A program made the position numbers and the translations under genes. From an uncultured Phycisphaerales bacterium (lineage in GTDB: Bacteria > Planctomycetota > Phycisphaerae > Tepidisphaerales > Tepidisphaeraceae): DNA of 64,000 nt. The notes beneath the pieces are model-generated. The model saw only the letters and a program-made list of their open reading frames with translations, did no database searches and was not told the origin of the DNA. Below, piece by piece: positions 52,592 to 63,853 of the stretch; position 1 is the stretch's first letter, and each line of letters begins with the position of its first letter. Location: the NCBI GenBank assembly GCA_963844715.1, contig CAWJPJ010000008.1:160001-224000 (forward strand). Direction: 5' to 3'.

Positions 52592-55500
52592 CTACGCCGG
52601 CATCATGTGCCGGTCGTCGTCGGCGTCTTCCTGATGTGAGGGTGCGTCCGCCGGGGAGGTTCGGCCTGGGCGGCGCTCGGCGGCTCGGCGCGAGGCGTAG
52701 ATGGTGATGAGTGTGAAGAGCACGGCCAGTCCGCCCATCGCGTAGAGACTGAAGAGCGGCCGGGGATCGATGGCGGTGCCCAATATGTCGGCATCGGTGA
52801 GCGGCTTGATGTCGAAGCATCGGTCGGCTTGAAGTTGTTTCTGATCGCGATCGCGGGCGGCTACTTCTAGCTGGCTCTGGCGGTTGTTCAATTCTTCGGT
52901 CAATTCCCCCAATTGCGCCTGGGCGTTCTGGGCGTCTTCGCGGCGGCCGGCTTCGTCGTCATATTGCACGCGCACGGTTTCGTACTGCTTCTTCACATCC
53001 TCGAGGGACTGCTTGTCAACTTCAAATCGCTTTTGGGCGTTGAGCAGATCGGTGGCGGCTTGCTGGGGGCGCTGCTGGGTGAGATCGGCCTGGCGGCGAT
53101 CGAAGCGGGCTTTGATGTCGTCCAGTTGTTTTTGCAGATCGGTTACTTTTGCCGACGGAGCGGTGTCCCCCTCGCCGAGGGCGTCGGCGTAGTTCTTGCG
53201 GGCGTCGCTCAGGGCGCCGCAGGCTCTGGCGAAGCTGGCGCGCGAAGTCTTGCTGAGCTTCGGGGAGAGCGGCCACCTGCGGGTCCAAATCGGAAAGTTG
53301 TTTTTCCAGCGGCGACAGAACGTCGTCGATTTGATCCTTCTCCTTTTGCAATTTCCGCCGAAGGGAATCGATTACTTTGTTGAGCCCATCGGCGACTTTT
53401 ACTTCGCTGGGGTCGAGGCCGAGGGTGGCCTTGCGGGTCTTGACCTGGCCGGTCAGGTTGTCGATCTCCGTATGCAGGGAACCGAGTAGCTGCTGATCCT
53501 GAACCCCTTCGCCGACCGCGGCGTTGTAGCGGTGTTGGGCATCGTCGAGCTGCTGCTGAAGCTGCTGGAGCTGGGGATCGCCGGCCCATATTTCCTGCTG
53601 CCGGGTCTGGATCATTTCCTCGACGTCGCGGCGGGTGTCTTCCAATTGGCGCTGTAGGTCTTCGCCGTCGACGATCAGCGTTGTGATCATCTCGCGCGCC
53701 TTGTCCTGCGAATCCTTGGCGGAGTCGACGAATTGCCGGAGTTGGGAACTGCTGTCGAGGACTTTGTCGGATGCGGCGATCTGATCGTTGAACTGGTTCT
53801 CGGCGGCCTCAAGCGCCTGGCGTGCGCTCGCCACGCCGGCGGATTGTTGCGATTTGGCGTCCTGCAATTCCTGGTTCAGCGCGACGATCTGGCGGCGCAG
53901 CTGCTCAAGCTGCGGATCGGGCGCGGCGGGCACAATCGGCGGATCGGCGGCGGCCTGAGTCGCGCCGGATTGCAGGCGCTCGAGGTCCAGCCGATCCTGG
54001 TCGAGCTGGTCTTCCGATGCGAATCGCGCCTTTTGCAGATCGTCTTTCTTCTGGGTCAGCGCCGCGAATTCCGTCGGGTCCGGGTCCTGGTCGACGGCCC
54101 GCTGAAGGGAAGGCATCTGGGTCTTGATCTCGGAGATGCGTTGATTGGCGTCGTCGACTTCCTGCCGGGCCGCGTCGGCGATTTGCCGCACGCGGCGATT
54201 GTCATCGAGGGTCGAGGCGTTGGCGTCGATGACGGCTTGAAGCATGGCTGTCATGCGCTGCGTGTCGCGCGTCTTATCCGATCCATCGGCGGTCAATTGC
54301 AAGGTGGTCTGCGGCTGGCCGTTGACCTGCGCGCTGGAGAGCTTTACGGTCGAAGCCACGCTGAGATATTTCGCCGCATCGTCGCCCAGAAAACCCGGGC
54401 TTGTGTCGGGATCGCGCTGCGACAGGACGTCGCGCGCATGGTTGTGTGTGTCGGGGCTCTCGATGATCCGGCGCTGACCGGCTTCAAATCCCGATCCGTC
54501 ATCCGTTCCCGGGACCCAGTTGATGTTCAGATAAGTCAGCGTCCCGACGACATGCGATTTCGGTTGAATCACCACCCAGATCCCGGCCAATACGATGCCC
54601 ATGCATAACAGCATGCAGAGCATCAGAATGGGAAGAATGCGGGTTCGGCTTGGCCGGCGCTTGGGCTTCGCGGGCGGTGTCGCAGGAGTTTCGGGTGGAA
54701 TTTCTTCGACGGGGGCAGGCTCATCGACCGCGGCATCAACCGGAGCGGGCGTCGCGACGGGGACGTCGGCCCAGGTCTCCTCGGATTCGTCTTTCAACAC
54801 TGACGGCGGCGGGGGACCGACGGGATTATCTTCGATTTCCGGCGGTGCGGCGGGGGCATCGTCCAGAGAGAGGGTGTCCAATTCAGATTCGGCCGCCGGC
54901 ACCGATAGCGGGTTTTGGATTTCCTCGGGGATTTGCTCGGCGATTTCAGCCGGCGCTTCGGTTTCCTCGGCTGCGGGCGGCTCGGTCTCGGTCGCGGGCG
55001 GGGCTTGGGCGGTGCTGCCGGGTTTGGCGGCGCCCATCGGAGGAAGGCCATCGTCTTCGTCAGTCCGGTCCCAGAATTCGCTGTCGGCAAAATCCTCGTC
55101 CGGATTATTCGCAATTCGTTCCGCGTTCTCGGGGCTTTCGGGAAGGATGTAATCGTCGCCGCGGCTGAGGCGCGTTCCGCCAAACGCCGCGTCGTTCAGG
55201 GCGGTCGCTTCAAAATCGGAGAAGACATCGCGGGCGGGCATGGCGAGCCCGTCGAAGGCGGTGGTCGGCCCCGGCGCCGCGGTCTTGCCTCGCGCATTTC
55301 CACGATTGGGCCGAGGCGGAGTGGGCGCCTGATCATCGTCGGGGGCGATCCCCATGCTCTTGGTCGCGAACGGAGTCGCCCGCTGACGGCGCGCCTTGGG
55401 CGGCGGGGTAGGAATGTCCACGCCGCCCGGCTGCTTCTTAGCGCGCACCCGGCTTGCCCGGCTGCGGGCGACGCTGGTCAAAACTCACGGCGACCTGCGG

Positions 55501-57917
55501 CCGATTTGGCGGCGGCGCTTTGGGCGGCATCAAATTGACGGGCAATCCGCCAAGGAAATTGTCCGCGTCCAGCGTCGGACTCGGCGAAGTCCAATCGAGT
55601 CCGCTCGCGTCCGGCGCACCGGCGTCATGCTTTGCGCCGGGCGCTGCCGGCGGCTGCCGCGGCGCGGCGCCGGATTGCGCCGGGTTCGACCCCAGCGGCG
55701 AAATCTGCACACGCGGCGGCCCAGATATCGACGTCGCGATGGACGAATTCTTTTGCCGCACGAAAATTCCGTTCGCCGCCAGATCCGCGTTGAAGAATCC
55801 GTCATCGAGTGAAAAAGAACTGCGCAATTTGCCGGCAGGCCGCGTCGGCGCGGGAGGCGCGGGAGGAGTTTCCAGAGGCGAATTGGGTGGTTCGGTATCA
55901 CTCACCGCGGGCGGTTCGATGTCACTCGCCGCAAGTGGTTCGACGTCACTCACCACGAGCGGTTCGAGCTCGCCCATCACAGGTGGTTCGATCTCGCTTA
56001 CCGCGAGTGGTTCGATTTCGCTCACGACGGGCGGCTCGATCTCGCTCATCACGGGTGGTTCGAACTCGCTCACCACAGGCGGCTCGATGTCGCTGACCAA
56101 TGTTGTCTCAAACCCCACCGCTGCGGGCGATTCGATATCGTCGGACGCCGGCGGCTCAAATTCGCCCGCAACGGGCGATTCCTCGACCAGCGGTCCGGTT
56201 GATTCGCCGCTGAATTGTTCGACTTGTTTTCCAAATTCGGTGTCGCTCGGCGACGAAAGAGGGGCGGCAGAAACGCCGGCGGGCATCTGGGGAAGCACGG
56301 TATCCAAATCCAAAGTCGCTCCGACGGAAGCGCCGGGAGTCTCCAAAACCTCCGGCTCGGGGCTCTCGGCCTCGGCGGGCATCGGCTGCTCTTCCTGTGC
56401 CGGGGGCAAATCGAGTTCGTCCGCCGGTGATTCCGCGACTCGCGCGACCTCGGGGAAATCGTCGACGTCCAGATCGAGACCGGAAATGCGAGGCTCCGCG
56501 GCGGGTGCGGGCGCCTCCGGTTCCGGCGATTCGATCTCGTCCGCAATTGCCGGCCTCGACGCATCAGGTTCTTCAAGCGGTGCGGGTTCGAAATGGCTTT
56601 CCGCCGGGGCTTCGAGTTCTCGATCTTGGGCGAGTTCTTCAGGGCTGCTCGGCGCGGGTGTCTCGATTTCTGCGACGGGCGGCGCTTCTTCAATATCGAT
56701 GGGCCCCAGAGATTCATGGGGGGTGGCGTGAACCTCTTCCTCCGCCGGGGTTTCAGAGACCACCGCAGGCGGCGGCTCGATTTCGTCCAGCGGGGCGAGT
56801 GGTAGATCGGCATCTTCCGCCGGCGGGGTCGGAGCGAGTTCGGGCTCGGGCTGCGGCTCAGGTGGCTCGAGCGCATTAGCGGGCGTCGTCGGTTCCGCAA
56901 GTTCTAGCGGCGCTGAACGGTAACTCGGGTTCCGACTTGGCCACCTTCGGCGGTTCCGCTTCGATCTCCGCTGTCGGTTCGACCTCGCTCACGGCGGGCG
57001 GCGCGATCTCGTTGACCAGCGGCGGTTCAAGTTCTTCGACGACCGGCGGTTCAGGTTCGATGACCGCGGGCGGCTCAACTTTGCTCACAACGGGCGATTC
57101 GACTTTACTCACCTCGAGCGGTTCGGGCTCAAGCGGCAACGGCGCGGCGGGAGGTTTCGGCGCGGCGGGCCTCGGCAAGACGATCCGCGCGGGCACGGGT
57201 CTGGGCGCGGGAATCGAGGGCGCGACGGGTCGGGAAGGCTGCGGCGTGGGGGCTGGCGCCGGAGCGGCGGCCTTGGGGCGCACGGCGGCCGTCAATTCCA
57301 AGCCGCGTCTCGCCGACGCGAATCTGGTCGCCGAACAGCACTTCTTGCTGTCGAATCCGGCTGCCGTTCAGGAACGTGCCAGTGCGCGAATTCAAATCGC
57401 GCACGTAGCGTTTCCCGTCGACGCTGAAAATAATGGCGTGTCGAGCCGAGACTTCGGGGTGGTCGATGGCGACATCGCACTCTTTGTCGCGCCCGACGAG
57501 CACGGTCAACCCTTTTAAAGGCAATGACTCCGGCCGGTCGCTGATGGTCAGCGCCGCGGGCGCGGGCGAAGCCGTTGGCGCGGTGGGGGACGGCGACGGG
57601 GTAAATGCGAACGAGAATTTCCCGATTTGTAATTCGTCCCCGGCTTTGAGTTCCGCTTCGAGTACGGGCTGCTGGTTGACGAGGACTTTGGTGCGGCTGA
57701 CCAGGTCGCGCACGTACGCGCACCCGCCGGAGGAGACGATGATCGCATGCTGCCTGCTGACGGTCGATGACACGAGGTTGAGATGGCAGCGCGGATCGGA
57801 CCCGATGAGGGTGAGAAGGCGAGTGAGGGGCAGGGCGGGGCTGCGGGCGTGCGAGCCGAGCGGCTGCAATCCCGGCGCATTGGCGTTGGAGGCGGAAGAC
57901 TCAGAAGGCATCGGCAC
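52592..57917 (-). CDS. Giant (~1,770 aa) protein: 2 x FHA, Pro/Glu-rich linker, TM, long coiled coil, TM; split by several indels
   Basis: Consecutive same-strand fragments 57129-57917, 56876-57301, 55438-56763, 53022-55481 and 52592-52996 with continuous composition. Confidence 0.7.
55886..56101. repeat. Nine tandem 24-bp coding repeats (PPVVSEIE)
   Basis: Consensus rgyggttcgayntcgctcaccacg; a second degenerate array lies at ~56960-57125. Confidence 0.85.
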
Positions 57918-58283
57918 AAATCCTGTAAACTCGGGCGCGGGACTCCACTTCCGCGTTGGTCTTCAGGCGAACCGAAGCCTGGCGCCGGCGAGGGGATTGA
58001 ATCCATCGCGGCGTCTCCGGCGAGGCTCCGCCGGCATATGTCGCGCCAGCCGCCGTTAGTCTTTGTTGCGCCGGATCGGCCATCCTACCACACACCATCG
58101 ACGCCCCGCGCATCAAAAAACCCCATTTTCAGCCCCAAAGGCTTATGGGACAACACCATTGTCGGACGAAAAAAAACGCGCAGTCAAAACCTGATTCCCA
58201 GCTTTGAACACGCCAGATTACCGGACGCAGGCTATTGTGCAATCACTTCGCGGGCCCTCGTCATTTATCGTTGAAAATCAATG

Positions 58284-60351
58284 TTAGTACTGCGGCTGGT
58301 CGGTCGTGAAAGAGCCGTCCGGCTGTTGGTGAACTGTGCAACTGAAGGGGAGCGCCCCAAACCCGCGACCCTGGAAATACCCCTGGCACATTCCGCGAAC
58401 TTCATAGGTTCCGTTCCCCTCGGGGGTCACTGAGACGCGCGGATCGGTGGCGGGGAGAAATTGTGCGTACATCACCTGTTGCGACATGGCCCGGCAGGCG
58501 GCCTGGTATGCGCCAAGCTCGGCGGCGATCACTTGCGCCTGACTCGGCGCCGCCTGCTGGGCGGGAATTGCCGTCGGGTTCTGCACCCCTGTGCTTGCGC
58601 TTGTGCGGCCGCGGCCGGATTCGCATTGTTACCGCCGGGGTTGTTCGCGGGGGTCGCGCTGTCTGACATTCCGCGGATCAGGAGGATGATGAGGATCAGG
58701 GCGAGCACTGCGCCGCCGGCGATCCAGATTTTCGGGTTCTTCCGGATCGTCGTCCCGAGGGGACCCAATTTCTGCGCCAATTCCTTGGGCGGGTGTTTGT
58801 GCAGGAACGAGGCGACTTCGCCGGCGGCAACGGATGCTCCGTGCGCCGCTGAATGCATCACCTCTCCGACGACCGCTCCAGCCCCCGAGCCCGCTGGTTT
58901 CGGAACCGGCGGCGGTCCATATCCACTGGGCGGGGGCGCATAGCCGGTCGGCGCGCGGGAGGCGCATATCCCGGTGCTCCCGCATGCATGGCGGGGGCAG
59001 GCGGGACCACCGGACCGGAGACGGGGGCAGCGGCGGGTAGGGGCGGGGGCGCGATTCCGCTTAGCATTCGTGAGATATCGTCCAGCGATGGCCGCGACCG
59101 CGGTTCCATCGACAGGCTTTGGGCGATGCCGCGGCTCCATGCTGCCGGGGTATCTTTACGCAACGATTCCGGCGGGACAAAACTTCCCATCGGCCTGCGC
59201 CCGGTGAGCAGTTCGTACCAGATAACGCCGAGTGAATAGACGTCGCTTGCCGGAGAAACGTCGCGTCCTTCGGCTTGCTCGGGCGCCATATAGCTTTCGG
59301 TGCCGGCGACCATTCCCGTTTGCGTAAGGCGCGTCGCCACGGCTGTATTGCCGCTCGAGGTTCGGGCGATGCCAAAATCCACCATCTTCACCAGGTCGTC
59401 CTGCGAGACGAGAATGTTGCTGGGTTTGAGGTCGCGGTGGATGATCTGTCGGCCGTGCAAGTATTGCAGGCCACTGACGATTTGAGTCATGGCGGAGCGA
59501 ATTTGATCGAGGGGAATGAACGATTTTTCGCCGCGGATTTTTCCGATCCAGCTTGTGAGCGGGACGCCGTCGATCCAATCCATCGCCAACCAGAGAAGTT
59601 TGTCGTCGCGACCCTTGGATTGCAGGCGGACGACGTTGGGATGTTTCAGGGAAGTCAGCGTGGTGATCTCGGCCTCGAATCGGGATTTCCAAACGGGATC
59701 GTGATCGGGATCGCCCTTGAGGAGTTTGACGGCGGCGGGCATGTCGTTTTCCTGATGCAAGCCGCGGAGCACGATTCCCATTCCGCCCTGCGCGACAAAC
59801 GCCCGAACCTGATACGGCCCGATGTGCTTGGGGAGCCATCCCTCGAAGCCGGGCGGATCGTTTTCCGATTTCGACGTTTTCTCGCGGAAGTAAAAAAGCT
59901 CGTTCTTGCAGGAAGGACATTTGTGCGCATCGTGCGAAAGATCGGCGATGACTTCATGGCACCGGGGGCAGCGCACTTGCCAGGGATTGTCGGTCACGAA
60001 AACCGCGGGCTTGGTGGTCCGCTTCAGGCAGCGCACCGTCGCCGGTCCGACCTTGAATGTCGTGCCGGGCTTGAGAACCAGTTCGTGAACCTTTTTTCCG
60101 TCGGGAAGAACCACTTGCGTGGTCGGGCTGGCGCATTCCAGGAGCATGCTGCCGTCGGTTTGTCGCAAGACCTGGGCGTGAATCCGCTCGACATCGGGAT
60201 GATCGATGCAGAGCGTATTGGAGGCGTTTCGCCCCAGAGACAGTCCGTGTTGGAGGAAGACTTCCTGGTCGGCGGCGCCGGCTCGGCGTACTTCGAGCGT
60301 CAGATCACTCAGCGTCGAGGCTTTCCCGGAGTCTTCAGCCACTTCGGTCAT
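58284..60351 (-). CDS. FHA-like + Zn ribbon + Hanks Ser/Thr kinase + TM + small extracytoplasmic domain, 2 indels
   Basis: CPRC...CPSC; QGGMG, AVK, HRDLKPSN, DFG, YMAPE; TM IWIAGGAVLALILIILLI. Confidence 0.88.
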
Positions 60352-60722
60352 ACGTTTCGCTTGGTTCGAGGTGCGAGCGGCATATTACCGAATTCCAACC
60401 AAGATAAAACCCGGTTTTCGGGGGCTAAATGGGGGGAAACGGGGCGCAATTTATCAATTTATTGCTTGGATGTTTTGCGTCAAGGGCTTCCGAAATCGCG
60501 GCAGTTGCACGAAAATGACCAACTTCTTCAACGCATTTTTATGCTGGTTTTTCAGTACTTTTCTCTCTTTCCTCAGATAATACAAAGAGTTTGTTAAAAA
60601 TCGTCAGACTATCTTCTTGTCATAATAACCTGTGTGGTGCATAACCCACCTCAGACTATCTCGCGCATATAGCGGTGCGTGAGCCTCCGACCAAGGGTTG
60701 GTAACAGGATCCGGAGGCAGAG

Positions 60723-62354
60723 ATGAGGAGAGTTGGAAAACGAGGACAACGGGCGTTGATGCTGGCCGCGGCGGTAGGAGCGGCGGCTTATTTTGGTCCG
60801 TCTTATGCCCACGCGGGCAGCGTAGACGAATTCGACGCCAGCGGCACTTACACCGATTATCTAGTTGACCCCAGTTGGACCGGCGCTGAAGGCGGCACAA
60901 CCAGCTCGGGCGCGGACGCGGGATTCGCGGGTGTTTGGAACACCATCAGCGGAACCAATGGCGCCCTGAACAGCAACGGGTCGGACTTTGTAAATGGCGG
61001 GTCATCGGCCACCAATCCCGAGCGTGTCTTCCTTCTTGCCGGCACATACAACGTCGGTACGAGCTTCCTGAAATACGGGAAGGGTAACGTCGACATCATC
61101 GGTGTCGACTCCGTTACGGGAAAGAACAGCGACGTCGTCATCACCGGATATCTGGACTCGGACTACAACAGCGGGTCGGGAACCATCGGGACCAGCAACA
61201 GCGCCACGCTGATGCTGACCGGTAATAACGTTGCGGTTGCCAATTTGACCATTGCCAACAGCACGGATACGCCTTACATCGTTAACGTCGCCAAAAAGGC
61301 GGAGACGACTGCGGGCGCGTTTACCGGAAACACGCAAACGTCTTCGGCGCCCGCCGTGGCCTTGCTCTCGCAAGGTGACATGGATGCGTACACCAACGTC
61401 TCGATTCTGGGCTATCAGGACACGCTGTATCTCAAGGGCGGCCGCGACTATTTCACCAATTCGACGATCAGCGGCGATGACGACTTCATTTTCGCCAACG
61501 GTACCGCGGTATTTAATAACGACGTGATCAACGTTGACGGCAACCACAGCGGGGGCGACGTCACCGCGGCCAGCACCGCGAAGACTACATCGAACGGGTT
61601 CGTGTTCATGAACTCGCAGATCACCCTCAATTCGGTGTCTGGAAACGCAATCATCGATCCGAACAACGCGGCGGTGACGCAGTCCACCATCAACGGGTGG
61701 TCCGCCTCAAACTATACCTACAGTCTGGGCCGGCCTTGGGGCTGGCAGCAGGCAGGCGGTGATGCGGCTGTCGTTTACATGAACGACACCATCAACACGA
61801 AGAATATGAACAGCGCCGGATGGAGTGCCTGGGATACCACCGAAACGAACCCCAGCAATGGGTTAAACGGCGGAAACCCGGGTGAAGATTCCCGTTTTGC
61901 GGTTTACAATGACGTGGACCTTAGCAGTAACCCGCTGAACACCGCGACCTTCCAGTCCTGGTCGCATGTGTTGTCCGCCACGCAGGCGTCCATGTACACG
62001 ATCGCGAATATCTTCTCCCAAGATTCGGCGTTGCCGAGCGGCGGCTGGTTCGGAAATGGCTATCCCGCAGGGGATGCTGCTCCGGGCAGCGGGTCGCCGG
62101 ACGTCAACCCCAGTTACAGTTTCCCGGCATTCTGGGGTCCGCGGAACATCAATAACGAAGACGCCAACGAAACCCTGACGGATAACCCGTCGTCCTACTC
62201 GAACCTCAATTGGTCGCAAAGCACGGTGCTGACGTGGGATCCGACGGTTCAGCTGGCCACGACGGTCGTGCCGGAGCCCGGCAGCATAGCCGTGCTGGGG
62301 GCTGTTGGATTAATGACATTGACTAGGCGCAGGCGGAAAACTGCGGTAATATAG
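60723..62354 (+). CDS. Pectinesterase (CE8)-family protein with a PEP-CTERM anchor
   Basis: PAVAL, GYQDTLY, GDDDFIF, LGRPW; signal peptide; VPEP-TM-RRRRK. Confidence 0.88.
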   Translation: MRRVGKRGQRALMLAAAVGAAAYFGPSYAHAGSVDEFDASGTYTDYLVDPSWTGAEGGTTSSGADAGFAGVWNTISGTNGALNSNGSDFVNGGSSATNPERVFLLAGTYNVGTSFLKYGKGNVDIIGVDSVTGKNSDVVITGYLDSDYNSGSGTIGTSNSATLMLTGNNVAVANLTIANSTDTPYIVNVAKKAETTAGAFTGNTQTSSAPAVALLSQGDMDAYTNVSILGYQDTLYLKGGRDYFTNSTISGDDDFIFANGTAVFNNDVINVDGNHSGGDVTAASTAKTTSNGFVFMNSQITLNSVSGNAIIDPNNAAVTQSTINGWSASNYTYSLGRPWGWQQAGGDAAVVYMNDTINTKNMNSAGWSAWDTTETNPSNGLNGGNPGEDSRFAVYNDVDLSSNPLNTATFQSWSHVLSATQASMYTIANIFSQDSALPSGGWFGNGYPAGDAAPGSGSPDVNPSYSFPAFWGPRNINNEDANETLTDNPSSYSNLNWSQSTVLTWDPTVQLATTVVPEPGSIAVLGAVGLMTLTRRRRKTAVI

Positions 62355-62393
62355 ACATGTAAGTTTTAACGGTCTTACCACCCTAGGTCGGCA

Positions 62394-62424
62394 GCCGGCG
62401 CTGTGAACGGTTCACAGCGCCGGC
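62394..62424. terminator. GC-rich hairpin between convergent genes, possible bidirectional terminator
   Basis: gccggcgctgtgaa-cgg-ttcacagcgccggc. Confidence 0.65.
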
Positions 62425-62430
62425 GGCATT

Positions 62431-63843
62431 TTATAGATTCGGTTTGTTTTCGACTTGCGGGGTGAGAAGAACCTGCCCGACACGTCTTTGCTGCACGGTC
62501 AATATTTTGGCGCGATACCGGCCGAAATCGACCGAGTCTCCCGGCCGAGGCCAGCGATTCAATTGCTGCACGATAAATCCGCCGACGGTATCGACGCCGA
62601 CGGCTTCGGGGGGATTGATTCCAAGATGATCGCGCAGCTCGTGGAGCGGGAATAATCCGCTGACGCGAATGGTGTCTCCCTCGCGGACCAGGTCGGTGGG
62701 CGCGATGGGATCGAACTCGTCTTCAATTTCTCCGACGATTTCTTCCAGCACGTCTTCGAGCGTGACCACGCCCTGCGTCAAACCATATTCGTCGACGACG
62801 ATCGCCAAGTGAATGTGGCTGGTTTGAAATTGGCGCAGCAGTCGCGACACGGGCATCAGCTCGGGGACGAAAAAAACGTCGCGCTTGATTTGGCGCAACT
62901 GAATCTGGCCCGATCCGATGACGTGCACGGCCGACCCGGGCAATCCCGTGGGGATGGCGATGGCCTCTCCGTCGGGGGTTTTTTCGTCGATGAATTTGAG
63001 CTTTCCGGGGACCAGTTGCAGGTGGTTGAAGAGATCTTTCATGTGAATTTGCCCGATGACGTGATCAATATCTCCCTCGCACAGGGGCAGGCGGGTGAAG
63101 GCGCTTCGCTGCACGGTTTTGAGGATGTCCCCGATGGGGGAAGCGATCAGGAGGTAATCGACCTCCGGGCGCGGGGTCATGATTTGGCGCACTTTCAATG
63201 CGCCGAATTCAAACGCGTTGGAGAGGATGACGGCGTTGCCTTTGGCGATGGTGCCGTGCGCGGCGGCCTGCATCAGGAGGGCGCGCAATTCCTGCTCGGT
63301 GTGCGGAAGTCCGCCCTGGACGCCCGAAGCGGGTTTGATGCCGAAGGTTCGCAGCACGACGTGGGTTCCGGCGTTGAGAACCCAGATCGCGGGATAAAAG
63401 ATGTAGGTGAAGACCACCAGCGGGATTCCCAGGATCGCCAGGAGCTGGTCGCTATATTCGATGGCAATATTCTTGGGGGTCTGCTCTCCGATGACGATAT
63501 GCAGCGCGACGACGATGGCGAAGCTGATGAAAAAGGCCAGGAAATGCTGAGCGGGCGGCGACATGTGGAGGGCATCGGTGAGTGGGGCGATCAGGCTGGC
63601 CACGGCGGATGCCGTCACGGCGCCCAGGGCCAAGGCGGCAAGGGTATTTCCAAGCTGGCAACTGGATAGAAACAGATCCAGCCGATTTTCGATCAGCAGG
63701 GCGGCGCGGGTGGCGAGAGTGGGCTTGGCGGCGGCTTTGAGGCGGCTCATCCGCGCGGTGACTGCGGCGAATTCGGCGGCGACGAAAAACGCATTCATCA
63801 CCACCAGCCCAAGCGTCGCAACGATCTTCCAGAGTTCCGCCAT
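62431..63843 (-). CDS. CNNM/HlyC-CorC family transporter (DUF21, CBS pair, CorC domain)
   Basis: NAFFVAAEFA, CQLGNT, GEQTPK, MTPR, VVDEYG, LEDVLEEIVGEIEDE. Confidence 0.92.
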   Translation of the reverse strand: MAELWKIVATLGLVVMNAFFVAAEFAAVTARMSRLKAAAKPTLATRAALLIENRLDLFLSSCQLGNTLAALALGAVTASAVASLIAPLTDALHMSPPAQHFLAFFISFAIVVALHIVIGEQTPKNIAIEYSDQLLAILGIPLVVFTYIFYPAIWVLNAGTHVVLRTFGIKPASGVQGGLPHTEQELRALLMQAAAHGTIAKGNAVILSNAFEFGALKVRQIMTPRPEVDYLLIASPIGDILKTVQRSAFTRLPLCEGDIDHVIGQIHMKDLFNHLQLVPGKLKFIDEKTPDGEAIAIPTGLPGSAVHVIGSGQIQLRQIKRDVFFVPELMPVSRLLRQFQTSHIHLAIVVDEYGLTQGVVTLEDVLEEIVGEIEDEFDPIAPTDLVREGDTIRVSGLFPLHELRDHLGINPPEAVGVDTVGGFIVQQLNRWPRPGDSVDFGRYRAKILTVQQRRVGQVLLTPQVENKPNL

Positions 63844-63853
63844 TCTTGTTTCT

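Noticed and set aside
55886..56101. Possible CRISPR array
   Set aside because: Units are contiguous 24-mers with no spacers, are degenerate, lie in frame within a CDS, and no cas genes are present
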